From NCBI GenBank assembly GCA_049903315.1, contig JBNGBT010000002.1:304479-368478 (forward strand): a stretch of 64,000 nucleotides of DNA. The letters are read 5' to 3'. Position 1 is the stretch's first letter; each line of letters starts with the position of its first letter. Origin of the DNA: Candidatus Cloacimonadota bacterium (GTDB lineage: Bacteria; Cloacimonadota; Cloacimonadia; JGIOTU-2). Below, piece after piece: positions 38,825-48,912 of this stretch. The notes beneath the pieces are model-generated. The model was not told the origin of the DNA, did no database searches, and was given only the letters and a program-made list of their open reading frames with translations. The position numbers were made by a program, and so were the translations under genes.

Positions 38825-40258
38825 ATGAAAAAAATAATAGTAATTTTGTTCATATTAACAGTATCAGTTGCTTTTCCTTTGCATCCACAAAAAATTCTTA
38901 TTTCAGATGGCGCATGGAAACATTCAGCACCGGCTGTTGCCTACAATGAATCTAAGTTTCAGGTAGTCTGGTCTGACAATAGGTATAATGACTGGAGATA
39001 TTATGGAACTCAAATTGAATGTGATGGGACAGTAGGGGATGAGTACATCATGGTAGGACCCTCCACAAATATTTACCAAGAAACAGAAATGTGTAGTAAT
39101 GGAAATGAGTTTATGATGGTGTGGTTTCGCTATCAGACTACAGGATGTCCCAGCTACATTTACGGACAATTGATTGAATCTTCTGGAGTCCCCTCAGGGA
39201 GCTATTTCCGAATTGACTTATCTAATTATGGAATTGTGAGTGTAAATCCAAAAATATGCTCTGACGGAACTGATTTTATCTGTGTCTGGACTCAAGGAAG
39301 TTTCCCGTTTTTTAAACCAGTGGGTCAACTCATAGAATCTGACGGAACATTTATAAATGAAAACTTCAATATAGATGATCAAATAAATACCTATTCAAAT
39401 CCTTGTATTGCGTTCGACGGTGTTCACTATCTCTGTGTATGGAACACGGTGATCGATGGAAGTATCTGCATCAAAGGAAGTTTATTAACTCCTGATGGAG
39501 TATTATTCGGAAATGAGCTTCAGATAACATCATCAACAAATCAACTCAATAATGCTGCTATAGTATTCGGCGGTTCAGAATATCTAATAGTGTGGGAAGA
39601 ATATTCTTTTTCAACAAATCTGTCTCGTATTTATGGTCAATTTATCTCAACTGACTGTTCACTTATAAGCAATCCATTCCTTATTTCAGGAAGTGGTGAG
39701 ATTTCTGCGAGAAATCCAAAAATTAGTTCAACAGGACACTCCTATCTCGTAACATGGCAGCAGGATAATGCAGATGGAACACACAATCTCCGTGGACAGT
39801 TACTTGACCTCTGTGGAACACTTTATGGTGATGTGTTTGACATCATTGTTGATTATCAGGAGCTCGTGATACATTATAGTGCCTGCAATTCGGAAAATAA
39901 ATATTTCGTGGTTTGGGAGGAAGAACAGGCAGATCAAGTTTCTTTCATAAAAGGGCTTTTTATAGAAGACATTCCTGTGAGTACAGATTCGCATCATGAG
40001 TTTCACAAAGGTTTTATAATCTCACCTAATCCCTCTCATAAAAGCTTCAATATAAGATTTAATATTTCTGAACCTCAGAAAGTAATTCTTGAGATGTATA
40101 ACATCATAGGACAGAAAATTGATACTTTATATGAGGGCTTTGTTTCTAATGGAAGACATGAATTGTTCTATGAAACAAATGTTTCTTCTGGAATATATTT
40201 CATAAAAATGCAGACAGAAAGTGAAATTAGGAGCGATAAACTGATAATTATGAAATAG
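38825..40258 (+). CDS. Secreted beta-repeat protein with CTD, paralogue of 36260-37786
   Basis: Same LIS.GA..H..P..A.N start, G..YL.VW repeats, DIPVS.D..ISPNPS CTD. Confidence 0.85.
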   Translation: MKKIIVILFILTVSVAFPLHPQKILISDGAWKHSAPAVAYNESKFQVVWSDNRYNDWRYYGTQIECDGTVGDEYIMVGPSTNIYQETEMCSNGNEFMMVWFRYQTTGCPSYIYGQLIESSGVPSGSYFRIDLSNYGIVSVNPKICSDGTDFICVWTQGSFPFFKPVGQLIESDGTFINENFNIDDQINTYSNPCIAFDGVHYLCVWNTVIDGSICIKGSLLTPDGVLFGNELQITSSTNQLNNAAIVFGGSEYLIVWEEYSFSTNLSRIYGQFISTDCSLISNPFLISGSGEISARNPKISSTGHSYLVTWQQDNADGTHNLRGQLLDLCGTLYGDVFDIIVDYQELVIHYSACNSENKYFVVWEEEQADQVSFIKGLFIEDIPVSTDSHHEFHKGFIISPNPSHKSFNIRFNISEPQKVILEMYNIIGQKIDTLYEGFVSNGRHELFYETNVSSGIYFIKMQTESEIRSDKLIIMK

Positions 40259-40321
40259 GTGAAATTTTTAAGGCAATAATTCACCCAGCTTGTTGAATGA
40301 TAGGGAGTTTCCTGAGTTGGA

Positions 40322-41647
40322 TCACTCCTTCAAATATATAGTTCCGTTATTATCTACATACACCCAATTATTTCCAACTTTAACTTGCCCTAAACCATTC
40401 TCAAACTTTTGCATGTTCTCATATTTACATTCTAAGATTTGATCTCCGTATTTATTGATCAAACCCCATTTGCCATTCATTTTAACAAAAGCAACTCCGT
40501 CAGAGAAATGCATGACAAGATCATAGGTATTCGGGATGACCATTTTACCGGATGTGTCTATAAATCCCCATTTATCATCTAACTTGACTCGTGTTAATCC
40601 ATCATTGAAGTTATCCGTAGTTTGATAGATGCATGGTATAACTTCTTTCCCGGTTTTATCAATATGTCCAAATTTGTTGTTACATTCCACAGCTGCGTAT
40701 CCATCATGGAAAGGTTCAGATTCCCAATCATATTTGAAGGGTGTAATCGAATTTCCTGTTTTATCTATATATCCAAATTGTCCATTTAGTTTCACCTGTG
40801 CAATTCCCTCGTAAAAGTCCTTACCCTTATCATATTTGCATGGAATTACTTCAACACCTTGTTCATTAATATAGCCGTAATACTCTCCTGTTTTATATCC
40901 ATAATCGTCGTATTGACCTATATATACTTTAGCCATTCCATCAGCAAAATCATCAATATCCGTATATTTTATCTCTGTGACAGAATTACCATCTTTATCG
41001 ATCAAACCCCATTTATTCCCGATTTTCACTCCTGCTAAACCATTGTTAAAAATGTTTGAAGCATCATACTTAAAGTCGATCACTATTTTTCCTGAAGGAT
41101 CAATATAACCCCATTTGTCATCCAGCTCAACTGCAGCTAAACCATCGGAAAAATCGTAGGCATTTTCGTATATACAGGGGATCACTTCTTGTCCTTCAGT
41201 ATTTATGAAGCCATATCTTTTGTTATATTCTTGATCTCTTTTCTGAACTTGTGCAAGACCTTCTGAAAAATATCCTGCATTAAGATATTTCAATTCAATA
41301 ACGTTTTCACCTTTTGTGTTGTAAAAGCCATATTGTTTGTTGACATTTACTTCAAAAAAATCCTCTACCACCGGACCGACATGAGTGAACCAAGGAGGAA
41401 CGATTATTACACCGGATTCGTTGATCGTACCACATTTTCCATTTTGCATGATAACTGCATATCCGTCTATGAATGGAGAAGCAAGACCGAACTGGCAGTC
41501 GATAACAAGATTCTTGTTTTGATCTGCATAGCCCCACAGTTCACCACTGAAGTAGGGGATCAGGGCAGGAGATTGTGCATAGCAGTAAGTGCACAGCATT
41601 CCCAAAATGAGAAGTGATCCGAATAATATTTTATGTGTTTTGGTCAT
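40322..41647 (-). CDS. WG-repeat (KWG) secreted protein
   Basis: Repeats F.DGLA.V....KWG.ID..G..VI. Confidence 0.92.
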   Translation of the reverse strand: MTKTHKILFGSLLILGMLCTYCYAQSPALIPYFSGELWGYADQNKNLVIDCQFGLASPFIDGYAVIMQNGKCGTINESGVIIVPPWFTHVGPVVEDFFEVNVNKQYGFYNTKGENVIELKYLNAGYFSEGLAQVQKRDQEYNKRYGFINTEGQEVIPCIYENAYDFSDGLAAVELDDKWGYIDPSGKIVIDFKYDASNIFNNGLAGVKIGNKWGLIDKDGNSVTEIKYTDIDDFADGMAKVYIGQYDDYGYKTGEYYGYINEQGVEVIPCKYDKGKDFYEGIAQVKLNGQFGYIDKTGNSITPFKYDWESEPFHDGYAAVECNNKFGHIDKTGKEVIPCIYQTTDNFNDGLTRVKLDDKWGFIDTSGKMVIPNTYDLVMHFSDGVAFVKMNGKWGLINKYGDQILECKYENMQKFENGLGQVKVGNNWVYVDNNGTIYLKE

Positions 41648-41667
41648 GGATTTTTCCTTATTTATCC

Positions 41668-43716
41668 TTATTTCCAGAGAAGTTTTCCCGTTTTATCGAT
41701 GCATTGTAATTGTGAAAATTGAGTTTCGAGAATAAGGGCAACACCGTTTTTAAAATCATTAACCTGGAAGAATTGTGGATCGATGATCGTTTTGCCGGTT
41801 TTATCAATATAACCCCAGACAGAACCCATCTTTACTGCAGCAAGACCTTCAATAAACGATCTCGCATCATCGAATTGGTAGTCGATTACTTTGGTTGCTT
41901 TATTATCGATAAAACCCCATTTGCCACTGTATAGCACAGGTGCCAGTCCCTCTTTGAAATCCCGGACATTTTGATAGCCCGGTAATATCTGCCAAATGCC
42001 TTTTTTATCTATGTAACCGCACGCATCGCTATCGGTTTGAGCACCAGCGAGTTCTTCTGAAAAGTTCAAAACGCCTTTAAATTTTATTTTAACTGCTACA
42101 TTTCCTTCACGATCTACAAAACCAAATTTTCCGTCTTTTTTTACACGAGCCATACCCTCGATAAAATCATTTGCTTCATAGAATTCTGGCATCATTAATG
42201 AATACAAACGTTTACCTTCTTTATCTATATAACGCCATTTTCCATCTAATTTTACTGCTGCATAACCCTCCGAAAATTGATGAACATCTTCGTATTGCGG
42301 TTCTATGACAATTTTTCCTGTTTTATCAATGAATCCATATTTATAATTCATTCTTACAGGAGCTAATCCTTCATGAAAATTATTTGATACTTCAAAAACG
42401 GGATTAATAACAATTTCACCTTTTTCATTTAGGAAACCATATTTGTCGTCTATTTCAATAGGAGCTAATCCATCTACAAATTTACTACTCAGAGCGTAAT
42501 CGAAATATGGTTTGATAACATATTCACCTTTTGTGTTGATAAATCCTGATTTTCTATCATCCCATGTAGCAGCTAATCCCTCGGAGAAACTTCTTACATC
42601 ATTGAATTGAGGAGAGATTACTATTTCACCTTTTTTGTTAATAAAGCCCCACTTGCCATTCATTTGTATCGCACATAAATTTTCAGAAAAGTATAGAACA
42701 AGATCAAATTGCGGTTCTATGACGATCTTACCTTTTTTATTTACAAATCCCCAGAGATTGTCTATCTCAATACTGGCTATGCCATCCTGGAATGAACTGG
42801 CGTTTTCAAATTGAGAATCGATGACGAATTTACCTTTTTTATTTATGTATCCATATTGAGAATTGATCTTTGCTGGTGCCAATCCTTCGCTAAATCTTCC
42901 AACACTCTCAAATTGAGATTTGATAATTTCATTACCTTTTTTGTCGATAAATCCCCATGCATCTCCAATTTTCACTCCAACTAATCCTTCGCTAAATGAC
43001 CAGCTTGCATATTTATATTGAGGATGGATTACATCATTACCATCGTTATCTATAAAACCCCAATTGTCGTTGTATTCAACTGCTGCTAAACCTTCTGAAA
43101 AATCCATTGTTAAATCATAATCGGTTGGACCAATGACAATATTGCCTTGTTTATCGATGTAGCCCTTTTGATCATCAACTACAATTTGAGCACGATCTTC
43201 ATAAAAATTGTACGCTAAGTTAAATTTTGGTTCGATAACGACCGCACCATTTTTGTCGATATAACCCATACGATGCACACCATCACAGTCTAACGACCGG
43301 AACTGAACTGCTGCGAGCCCATCTTTGAAATTGTTACATGATGTAAATCTTGGGAATATTACGAATTTACCGGTTTTGTCGATGTAACCGGCATTATTAG
43401 AGAAAATGACGCATGCTAATCCTTCGCTAAATCCTGGAGGTTTTGTATAGAATAGTGGTTCAACTATCATGTCACCCTTTTCATCAATGAATCCCCAGTA
43501 AGATCCAACTTTGACAACTGCCTTACCCTCCATAAAGAAGTCGATTTCATCAAATTGAGGGGATATGATAACATCTCCTTGTGCATTCATGTAACCCCAT
43601 TTTGATCCTTCACGATAGGGGAGTAAATTACTTGTTTCTGCTAAGCAAAACGAATTTGCTATGAATAGGAAGTAAATGCTAAGCAATGCTAGATTGAGCA
43701 TTAATTTACGAGCCAT
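41668..43716 (-). CDS. Long WG-repeat (KWG) secreted protein
   Basis: Many FSEGLA.V..KWGFI.KKG..VI.PQF repeats; AAGGAG RBS supports start 43716. Confidence 0.92.
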   Translation of the reverse strand: MARKLMLNLALLSIYFLFIANSFCLAETSNLLPYREGSKWGYMNAQGDVIISPQFDEIDFFMEGKAVVKVGSYWGFIDEKGDMIVEPLFYTKPPGFSEGLACVIFSNNAGYIDKTGKFVIFPRFTSCNNFKDGLAAVQFRSLDCDGVHRMGYIDKNGAVVIEPKFNLAYNFYEDRAQIVVDDQKGYIDKQGNIVIGPTDYDLTMDFSEGLAAVEYNDNWGFIDNDGNDVIHPQYKYASWSFSEGLVGVKIGDAWGFIDKKGNEIIKSQFESVGRFSEGLAPAKINSQYGYINKKGKFVIDSQFENASSFQDGIASIEIDNLWGFVNKKGKIVIEPQFDLVLYFSENLCAIQMNGKWGFINKKGEIVISPQFNDVRSFSEGLAATWDDRKSGFINTKGEYVIKPYFDYALSSKFVDGLAPIEIDDKYGFLNEKGEIVINPVFEVSNNFHEGLAPVRMNYKYGFIDKTGKIVIEPQYEDVHQFSEGYAAVKLDGKWRYIDKEGKRLYSLMMPEFYEANDFIEGMARVKKDGKFGFVDREGNVAVKIKFKGVLNFSEELAGAQTDSDACGYIDKKGIWQILPGYQNVRDFKEGLAPVLYSGKWGFIDNKATKVIDYQFDDARSFIEGLAAVKMGSVWGYIDKTGKTIIDPQFFQVNDFKNGVALILETQFSQLQCIDKTGKLLWK

Positions 43717-43823
43717 GGATAATCTCCTTTCAGTTAAAAAAGTTGATATAGCTATACTCATTTTGATATTTAACAAATATGCGATAGATTTACGTCAAGA
43801 AATTGGATAATGGAAACTGTGTC

Positions 43824-44471
43824 TTATTTTTTCGGTAAAACACTTCCTTGCCAGAGCATGATAACGAAAAATATACTTACAATTCCAAACAGCCAGGTAA
43901 GATCAACTTCCATGGTTTGGATTGATGAAAATATGAAAAGATAAAGTACTGTGAAAATAATACAGGCAATTGCAAAGAAATTACTAAGTTTTTTGCCAAG
44001 AGCATCATCTCTGAATTTCTTTGCCCTGAATGCGTTGATAACGATGAAAACGATGGAAATAACAAAGCACAGGATCAGGGCATAGACAAAGTTTTCATCG
44101 TAGGTTCCCCATCCTTCGAGAAATACAATCGGTGATTTGCCGATCATAATGATTGCCACGATCCATGGAATGAGTAAAATCGCAGAAATGATCTTCACTC
44201 CAATTTGACGTTTTTCTGTAGGAAGCAACTGATACATAAGCAAAAGCATGAAAGGAATTTCAAAATAGAATCCTATGCTTGCAATACGACGGGCAATTTC
44301 ATAGCCCAACCAGCCACTCCAGAGAAAGAGGTCGCCAATATGATAGACAAGCAAACTTAATGTAATAAGAATGATTGCCGAGTTCTCTTTGGATTTCTCC
44401 TTTTTAATAAGGAAATATACAAAGAAGATTACCAGAATAATTACTGCTATTAATGGTACAATCCATTCCAT
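43824..44471 (-). CDS. Multi-pass membrane protein (about 7 TM)
   Basis: Successive hydrophobic segments; GGAGG RBS before ATG 44471. Confidence 0.8.
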   Translation of the reverse strand: MEWIVPLIAVIILVIFFVYFLIKKEKSKENSAIILITLSLLVYHIGDLFLWSGWLGYEIARRIASIGFYFEIPFMLLLMYQLLPTEKRQIGVKIISAILLIPWIVAIIMIGKSPIVFLEGWGTYDENFVYALILCFVISIVFIVINAFRAKKFRDDALGKKLSNFFAIACIIFTVLYLFIFSSIQTMEVDLTWLFGIVSIFFVIMLWQGSVLPKK

Positions 44472-44539
44472 TTTAATCCTCCGTACGCTTTTTTTTCTCG
44501 TTTCCAATACGGCTATGGAAACATTTATTATTTAATAGA

Positions 44540-46798
44540 TCAATTAACATTGAAATATTTATATACCGCCTTTATACCGTCGACAAAAGCTGCTGGAAAT
44601 GTGCTAAAGTGAGTTTGTCCTCGAAGTATTTCTAATTTCATGTCCAAATATTTATAATTTCTTTCTTTGAGTGTATCAATAAGTTTGATAGTTCCATTTT
44701 TCACTCCCCAGCTATCCATCTCGCCATAGGACAAAAACAATTTAATATCCAATACATTATTTGCATCAGCGAATTCCTGTTCATATGTCATGGCAATTTC
44801 TTCGTCCCACCAGAGAGAGGGACTTATTAACACATACCTATTAAAAAGTTCGGGATTTTTGAAAAGAACATACGTTCCAAAGAGTCCACCCAAAGAATAT
44901 CCAACAATAGTTCTTTCATTTTCTGATATTCGGTAATTAGTTTCTATCAGATGGAACACATCGTTTTCGATGAATTCCATAAATTCTTGAGCACCGCCAC
45001 CACCAGGGTAAGCTTTGTAATCCAATCTTTCGGTAGGACACATATCCCGGATCCTCTTTGCATACCAATCATCAAAGGTTTGGTTATATGATATACCTAC
45101 TATTATACATTCAGGTACTTCTTGTGCAAATCCCATCATGAACATAGATTCTACTACGATTCCAAATTGATAGTCGGCATCTAAAAGGAAAATTGCAGGA
45201 TACGTTTTATTCGTTTTATAATAATCTGGAGGTAATGATACAAATAAACTGTATTCTTCGTCTATAACATCAGATCGTAATTTTAGTAATTCTGTATTTT
45301 TTAATGTGATTTCAGAAAGAACAATTGTCTCTTCTTCCGGAATATATTCTTCATAGTATTCATTTCCGTCTTCATCAATATAAAACGAGATACTGTTTAG
45401 TTCTACTTTTGCCAAACCATTGTTAAAACCGCATAATGCATTATCGAATTTCAACGGACATATCTCCTTATAATCGCTATTCACAAAAGTAATTTTCTTA
45501 TCTGACCCAATACCTACAGCAACATAAACAGGTCCATTCTCAAATGGATTTTCATTAACCTTTAGGAACTTCTCATACATCGGCCCATAGTCATACTTCG
45601 GTTTAATATGATATTCTCCATCCTTGTTTATGAATCCCCATTTTCCATCTTTTTCAACTGCTGCTCCTCCTTGAGAGAATGGAAATACACGATCATAAAT
45701 AAATTGAGTAATAGGTTTTCCTGATGTGTTAATAAATCCATAATGTCCATCAGATTTTACTCTTGCAAAACCTTCCGAGAATGTGCCAGCCATATCATAA
45801 GTATGAGGAATGACAATATTTCCTTTTGTATTTATGTATCGGTAATTGCCATCAACTAATATCACGGCAAGATCTTCTTTAAAAGGACTTGCTGATTCAT
45901 AAATAAAAGGGATGGTTATATTTGCTTGTTTATCAAGGAAACCATATTTACCATTCAGAACCGCACTTGTATATCCTTCTGAAAAAGGATGAATATAATC
46001 ATAAATGATTGGTATTATTTCTTTTCCTTTTATATTGATAATTCCATATTTATCATCTTTTTTAACCACAGCATATCCATTTTGAAAGTCTGCTGCATTT
46101 TGGTAAATAGCTGGAATAACAAACTTTCCTTCAGAATTTATATATCCATATTTATTATTTTGCTGTGCACTCGCAACTCCTTCTGAAAAATTTCCACAAA
46201 AACTAATATCATCAGTAGTTGTTGGTTCCCCTTTTGAATTCATCGAAGCATATATTGTATCAGTTTCTGAGTTTTTATAATAAATCAAGGTATTGTTAAA
46301 ATATTTTAAATCTTGGAATTCAAAATCAGTTATTTGATTGCCATTGTGTTCAAATAATGCAAACATTTTTAATGAATCGTCACGGACAAATATAACGTTT
46401 TCATAAATCTGTATTTCATCATTATAATAGCAGTCATATTCACAGGGTACGATTTCTTCTCCTCGAATATTAATAACACCATACTTCTCATTTTTTTTTA
46501 CTTTTGCCAAATCATATATAAAGTCTTGGATATTATTATATTTAAAGGGTATTACAATATCGTCATTTTTGTCGATAAGTCCATATTTATCAAATATCTT
46601 AACAACGGCAATTCCATTATTAAAGGGTTGAACTTCGTCATAAATTGGCTTTATAATCAATTCCTTATTCTTATTTATAAATCCCATTTTAGCACCAATT
46701 CTATAAGGGATAAGTTCAGGTGTTTGAGCAAAGCATAAAGAATATATTATGATAAATACAATAAGAGCAAATTCGATAATTATTTTACTTTTTTTCAT
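44540..46798 (-). CDS. WG-repeat protein fused to an IroE/BesA-like alpha/beta hydrolase
   Basis: N-terminal WG repeats; C-terminal VSLPPDY..YP..FLLD, GGGAQEF, GYSLGG, SPSLWW, QTHFS. Confidence 0.9.
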   Translation of the reverse strand: MKKSKIIIEFALIVFIIIYSLCFAQTPELIPYRIGAKMGFINKNKELIIKPIYDEVQPFNNGIAVVKIFDKYGLIDKNDDIVIPFKYNNIQDFIYDLAKVKKNEKYGVINIRGEEIVPCEYDCYYNDEIQIYENVIFVRDDSLKMFALFEHNGNQITDFEFQDLKYFNNTLIYYKNSETDTIYASMNSKGEPTTTDDISFCGNFSEGVASAQQNNKYGYINSEGKFVIPAIYQNAADFQNGYAVVKKDDKYGIINIKGKEIIPIIYDYIHPFSEGYTSAVLNGKYGFLDKQANITIPFIYESASPFKEDLAVILVDGNYRYINTKGNIVIPHTYDMAGTFSEGFARVKSDGHYGFINTSGKPITQFIYDRVFPFSQGGAAVEKDGKWGFINKDGEYHIKPKYDYGPMYEKFLKVNENPFENGPVYVAVGIGSDKKITFVNSDYKEICPLKFDNALCGFNNGLAKVELNSISFYIDEDGNEYYEEYIPEEETIVLSEITLKNTELLKLRSDVIDEEYSLFVSLPPDYYKTNKTYPAIFLLDADYQFGIVVESMFMMGFAQEVPECIIVGISYNQTFDDWYAKRIRDMCPTERLDYKAYPGGGGAQEFMEFIENDVFHLIETNYRISENERTIVGYSLGGLFGTYVLFKNPELFNRYVLISPSLWWDEEIAMTYEQEFADANNVLDIKLFLSYGEMDSWGVKNGTIKLIDTLKERNYKYLDMKLEILRGQTHFSTFPAAFVDGIKAVYKYFNVN

Positions 46799-47070
46799 TG
46801 AAACCTCCAGATTTCATTAATAATAAATTTATTAACTATTATTGAAGAGGATCAAATCGTTGTTCAGAAGTATTACAATTTTTCCTTCCGCTTCATTACA
46901 AAGACAGACTCACTTGGTAAGACTAACTTTTTTATCTAAAATACAAATATCTTTGTCAAATTATTTGTTTTATTATGCATTTTTCATTTTTTATTAATGC
47001 AAATTTCAAACTCGTTAATGCTCATTAACATTGACATCGAAGATCATAACTTGATGTCCAAGTTCATACT

Positions 47071-48078
47071 ATGGAAAATAAAAAAAGATACATTGCACTT
47101 GCTCTCTTTTCGGGAGGACTGGACAGTCTTCTCGCAGTGAAGCTGGTCGAGCAGCAGGGAATAAAAGTCATTCCAGTATGCTTCGAGTCTCCCTTTTTTT
47201 CCTGTAAAAAAGCAATACGGGCTGGCAAACAAAACAATATTTTCGTAAATGTCATCAAGCTTGAGCAGGACTATCTTGATATGATACATGAACCCAAGCA
47301 TGGGTACGGGAAAAATATGAATCCATGTATAGACTGCCATGCGTTTATGTATAAGAAACTTGGAGATATGATGAGCAAGTTCAGAGCTGATTTTCTTATC
47401 TCAGGAGAAGTGCTCGGACAGCGTCCCATGTCACAGCATTTGAACGGATTGAATGCAGTAGCCAAATGGAGCGGTTATAAAGACCTGATCGTACGTCCTC
47501 TTTCTCAAAAGTTGTTGCCAGACACAAAACCGATACGGGAAGGTTGGATAGATAAAAACTTACTCCTCGATCTGCAAGGACGAAATAGAATTCCACAGAT
47601 AGAATTAGCTGAGAAATTCGGAATATCCGAATTTCCAACTCCTGCTGGCGGGTGTCTGCTTACAGATCCCGGTTATTCAAAACGCCTCCGAGATCTCAAA
47701 GAGCATGATATGTTTGCATTAAAATTTATTACTTTTCTTGATGTAGGCAGGCAATTTCGATTGGACGATTCCACGAAATTAATTATTGGCAGGAATCACA
47801 ATGATAATGAATATATGGAAAGACTTCTCGGTAGAAATGCCCATCAAAATATTGTTCTGAAAGCAAAAGATATACCAGGACCAATCGGAGTCGTGCAAGC
47901 GAGGGATGAGAAAGTTTCAGAGAAAATTATACAATTAGCTACAGAAATACTTGTTCGTTACCTATCCAAAGTTGATGATGAAGCAGTTGCTGTTATTCAA
48001 TTTCCAGATGGTGAGGTGAAAGAAATATCAGCGATAAAACGCACAGATAGTTTCGAAAGAAAGTTTTTAATAAATTAG
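47071..48078 (+). CDS. ThiI/MnmA-like PP-loop tRNA sulfurtransferase (DUF814-type C-terminus)
   Basis: SGGLDS, NPCIDCH, GEVLGQRPMSQ, PAGGCLLT, IIGRN..DN. Confidence 0.85.
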   Translation: MENKKRYIALALFSGGLDSLLAVKLVEQQGIKVIPVCFESPFFSCKKAIRAGKQNNIFVNVIKLEQDYLDMIHEPKHGYGKNMNPCIDCHAFMYKKLGDMMSKFRADFLISGEVLGQRPMSQHLNGLNAVAKWSGYKDLIVRPLSQKLLPDTKPIREGWIDKNLLLDLQGRNRIPQIELAEKFGISEFPTPAGGCLLTDPGYSKRLRDLKEHDMFALKFITFLDVGRQFRLDDSTKLIIGRNHNDNEYMERLLGRNAHQNIVLKAKDIPGPIGVVQARDEKVSEKIIQLATEILVRYLSKVDDEAVAVIQFPDGEVKEISAIKRTDSFERKFLIN

Positions 48079-48183
48079 GTATAAGAAAGATTTTTCGTCA
48101 CAGAGGATACCAGTTTTTGTTTCACTTCTATCCGGAAGCAGAGAACTTGAATCAAGAATAGGAACTAATTTTACAATTAATAG

Positions 48184-48319
48184 CTCACGGATTTTCACGG
48201 ATGAACATAGACGAATGAAATTTATTTTTAATATTTCTTAAATTTTCTGGATTAGTTCTTATCAGTATTATCCGTGTTAATCAGTGTTCCTTTTTCTTTT
48301 TTTTGTGTTTTTCGTGGTT
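48184..48319. repeat. Intergenic inverted short-unit repeats (CACGGAT / ATCCGTG; TTCGTGG)
   Basis: CACGGATTTTCACGGATG versus ATCAGTATTATCCGTGTTAATCAGTG between convergent genes. Confidence 0.55.
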
Positions 48320-48324
48320 TAATT

Positions 48325-48912
48325 TTAATTATTTTCAGACTTGAGTTTAAGACACATCTCATAAAAAAGCGGAATGGGGAATCCCATCACATTAAAGTAA
48401 CATCCCTCGATCTTATCTATAAACTGGCTTCCGTATCCTTGAATGCCGTAAGCTCCGGCTTTGTCCATCGGTTCGCCGGTCTTAACATATTCATGAATAT
48501 CATCTTCTGATATATGATTGAAATATACTTTTGTTTTTGCAATATCTGAAACAACTGAATCATGATAGAGTATAGACATTCCAGTAAACACTTCATGGCA
48601 CTGTTCGGATAGTTTATTTAGGATAAGGAATGCATCTTTTTCATCGGTGGGTTTTCCAATGATCTCGTTATTCAGAACCACGATTGTGTCAGCTCCAATG
48701 ATGAGTGACTCAGGATATGTTTTCTGGATTTCTTCTGCTTTTTTATACGCATAATGAAGCACAAAATCCTCCGGTTCCATTCCATTAAAATTCTCTTCTA
48801 TATGCGATGGAATTTGTCTGAAATGCAAGCCAACCTGTTTCAGCAAAAACGCCCTCCGTGGAGAACGTGATGCCAATATAATATCTTTCTCTTTTAATAA
48901 ACTATGTAACAT
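48325..48912 (-). CDS. maf: Maf family nucleotide pyrophosphatase
   Basis: ILASRSPRR, IGADTIV, GKP, DKAGAYGIQG, NVMGFP. Confidence 0.96.
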   Translation of the reverse strand: MLHSLLKEKDIILASRSPRRAFLLKQVGLHFRQIPSHIEENFNGMEPEDFVLHYAYKKAEEIQKTYPESLIIGADTIVVLNNEIIGKPTDEKDAFLILNKLSEQCHEVFTGMSILYHDSVVSDIAKTKVYFNHISEDDIHEYVKTGEPMDKAGAYGIQGYGSQFIDKIEGCYFNVMGFPIPLFYEMCLKLKSENN

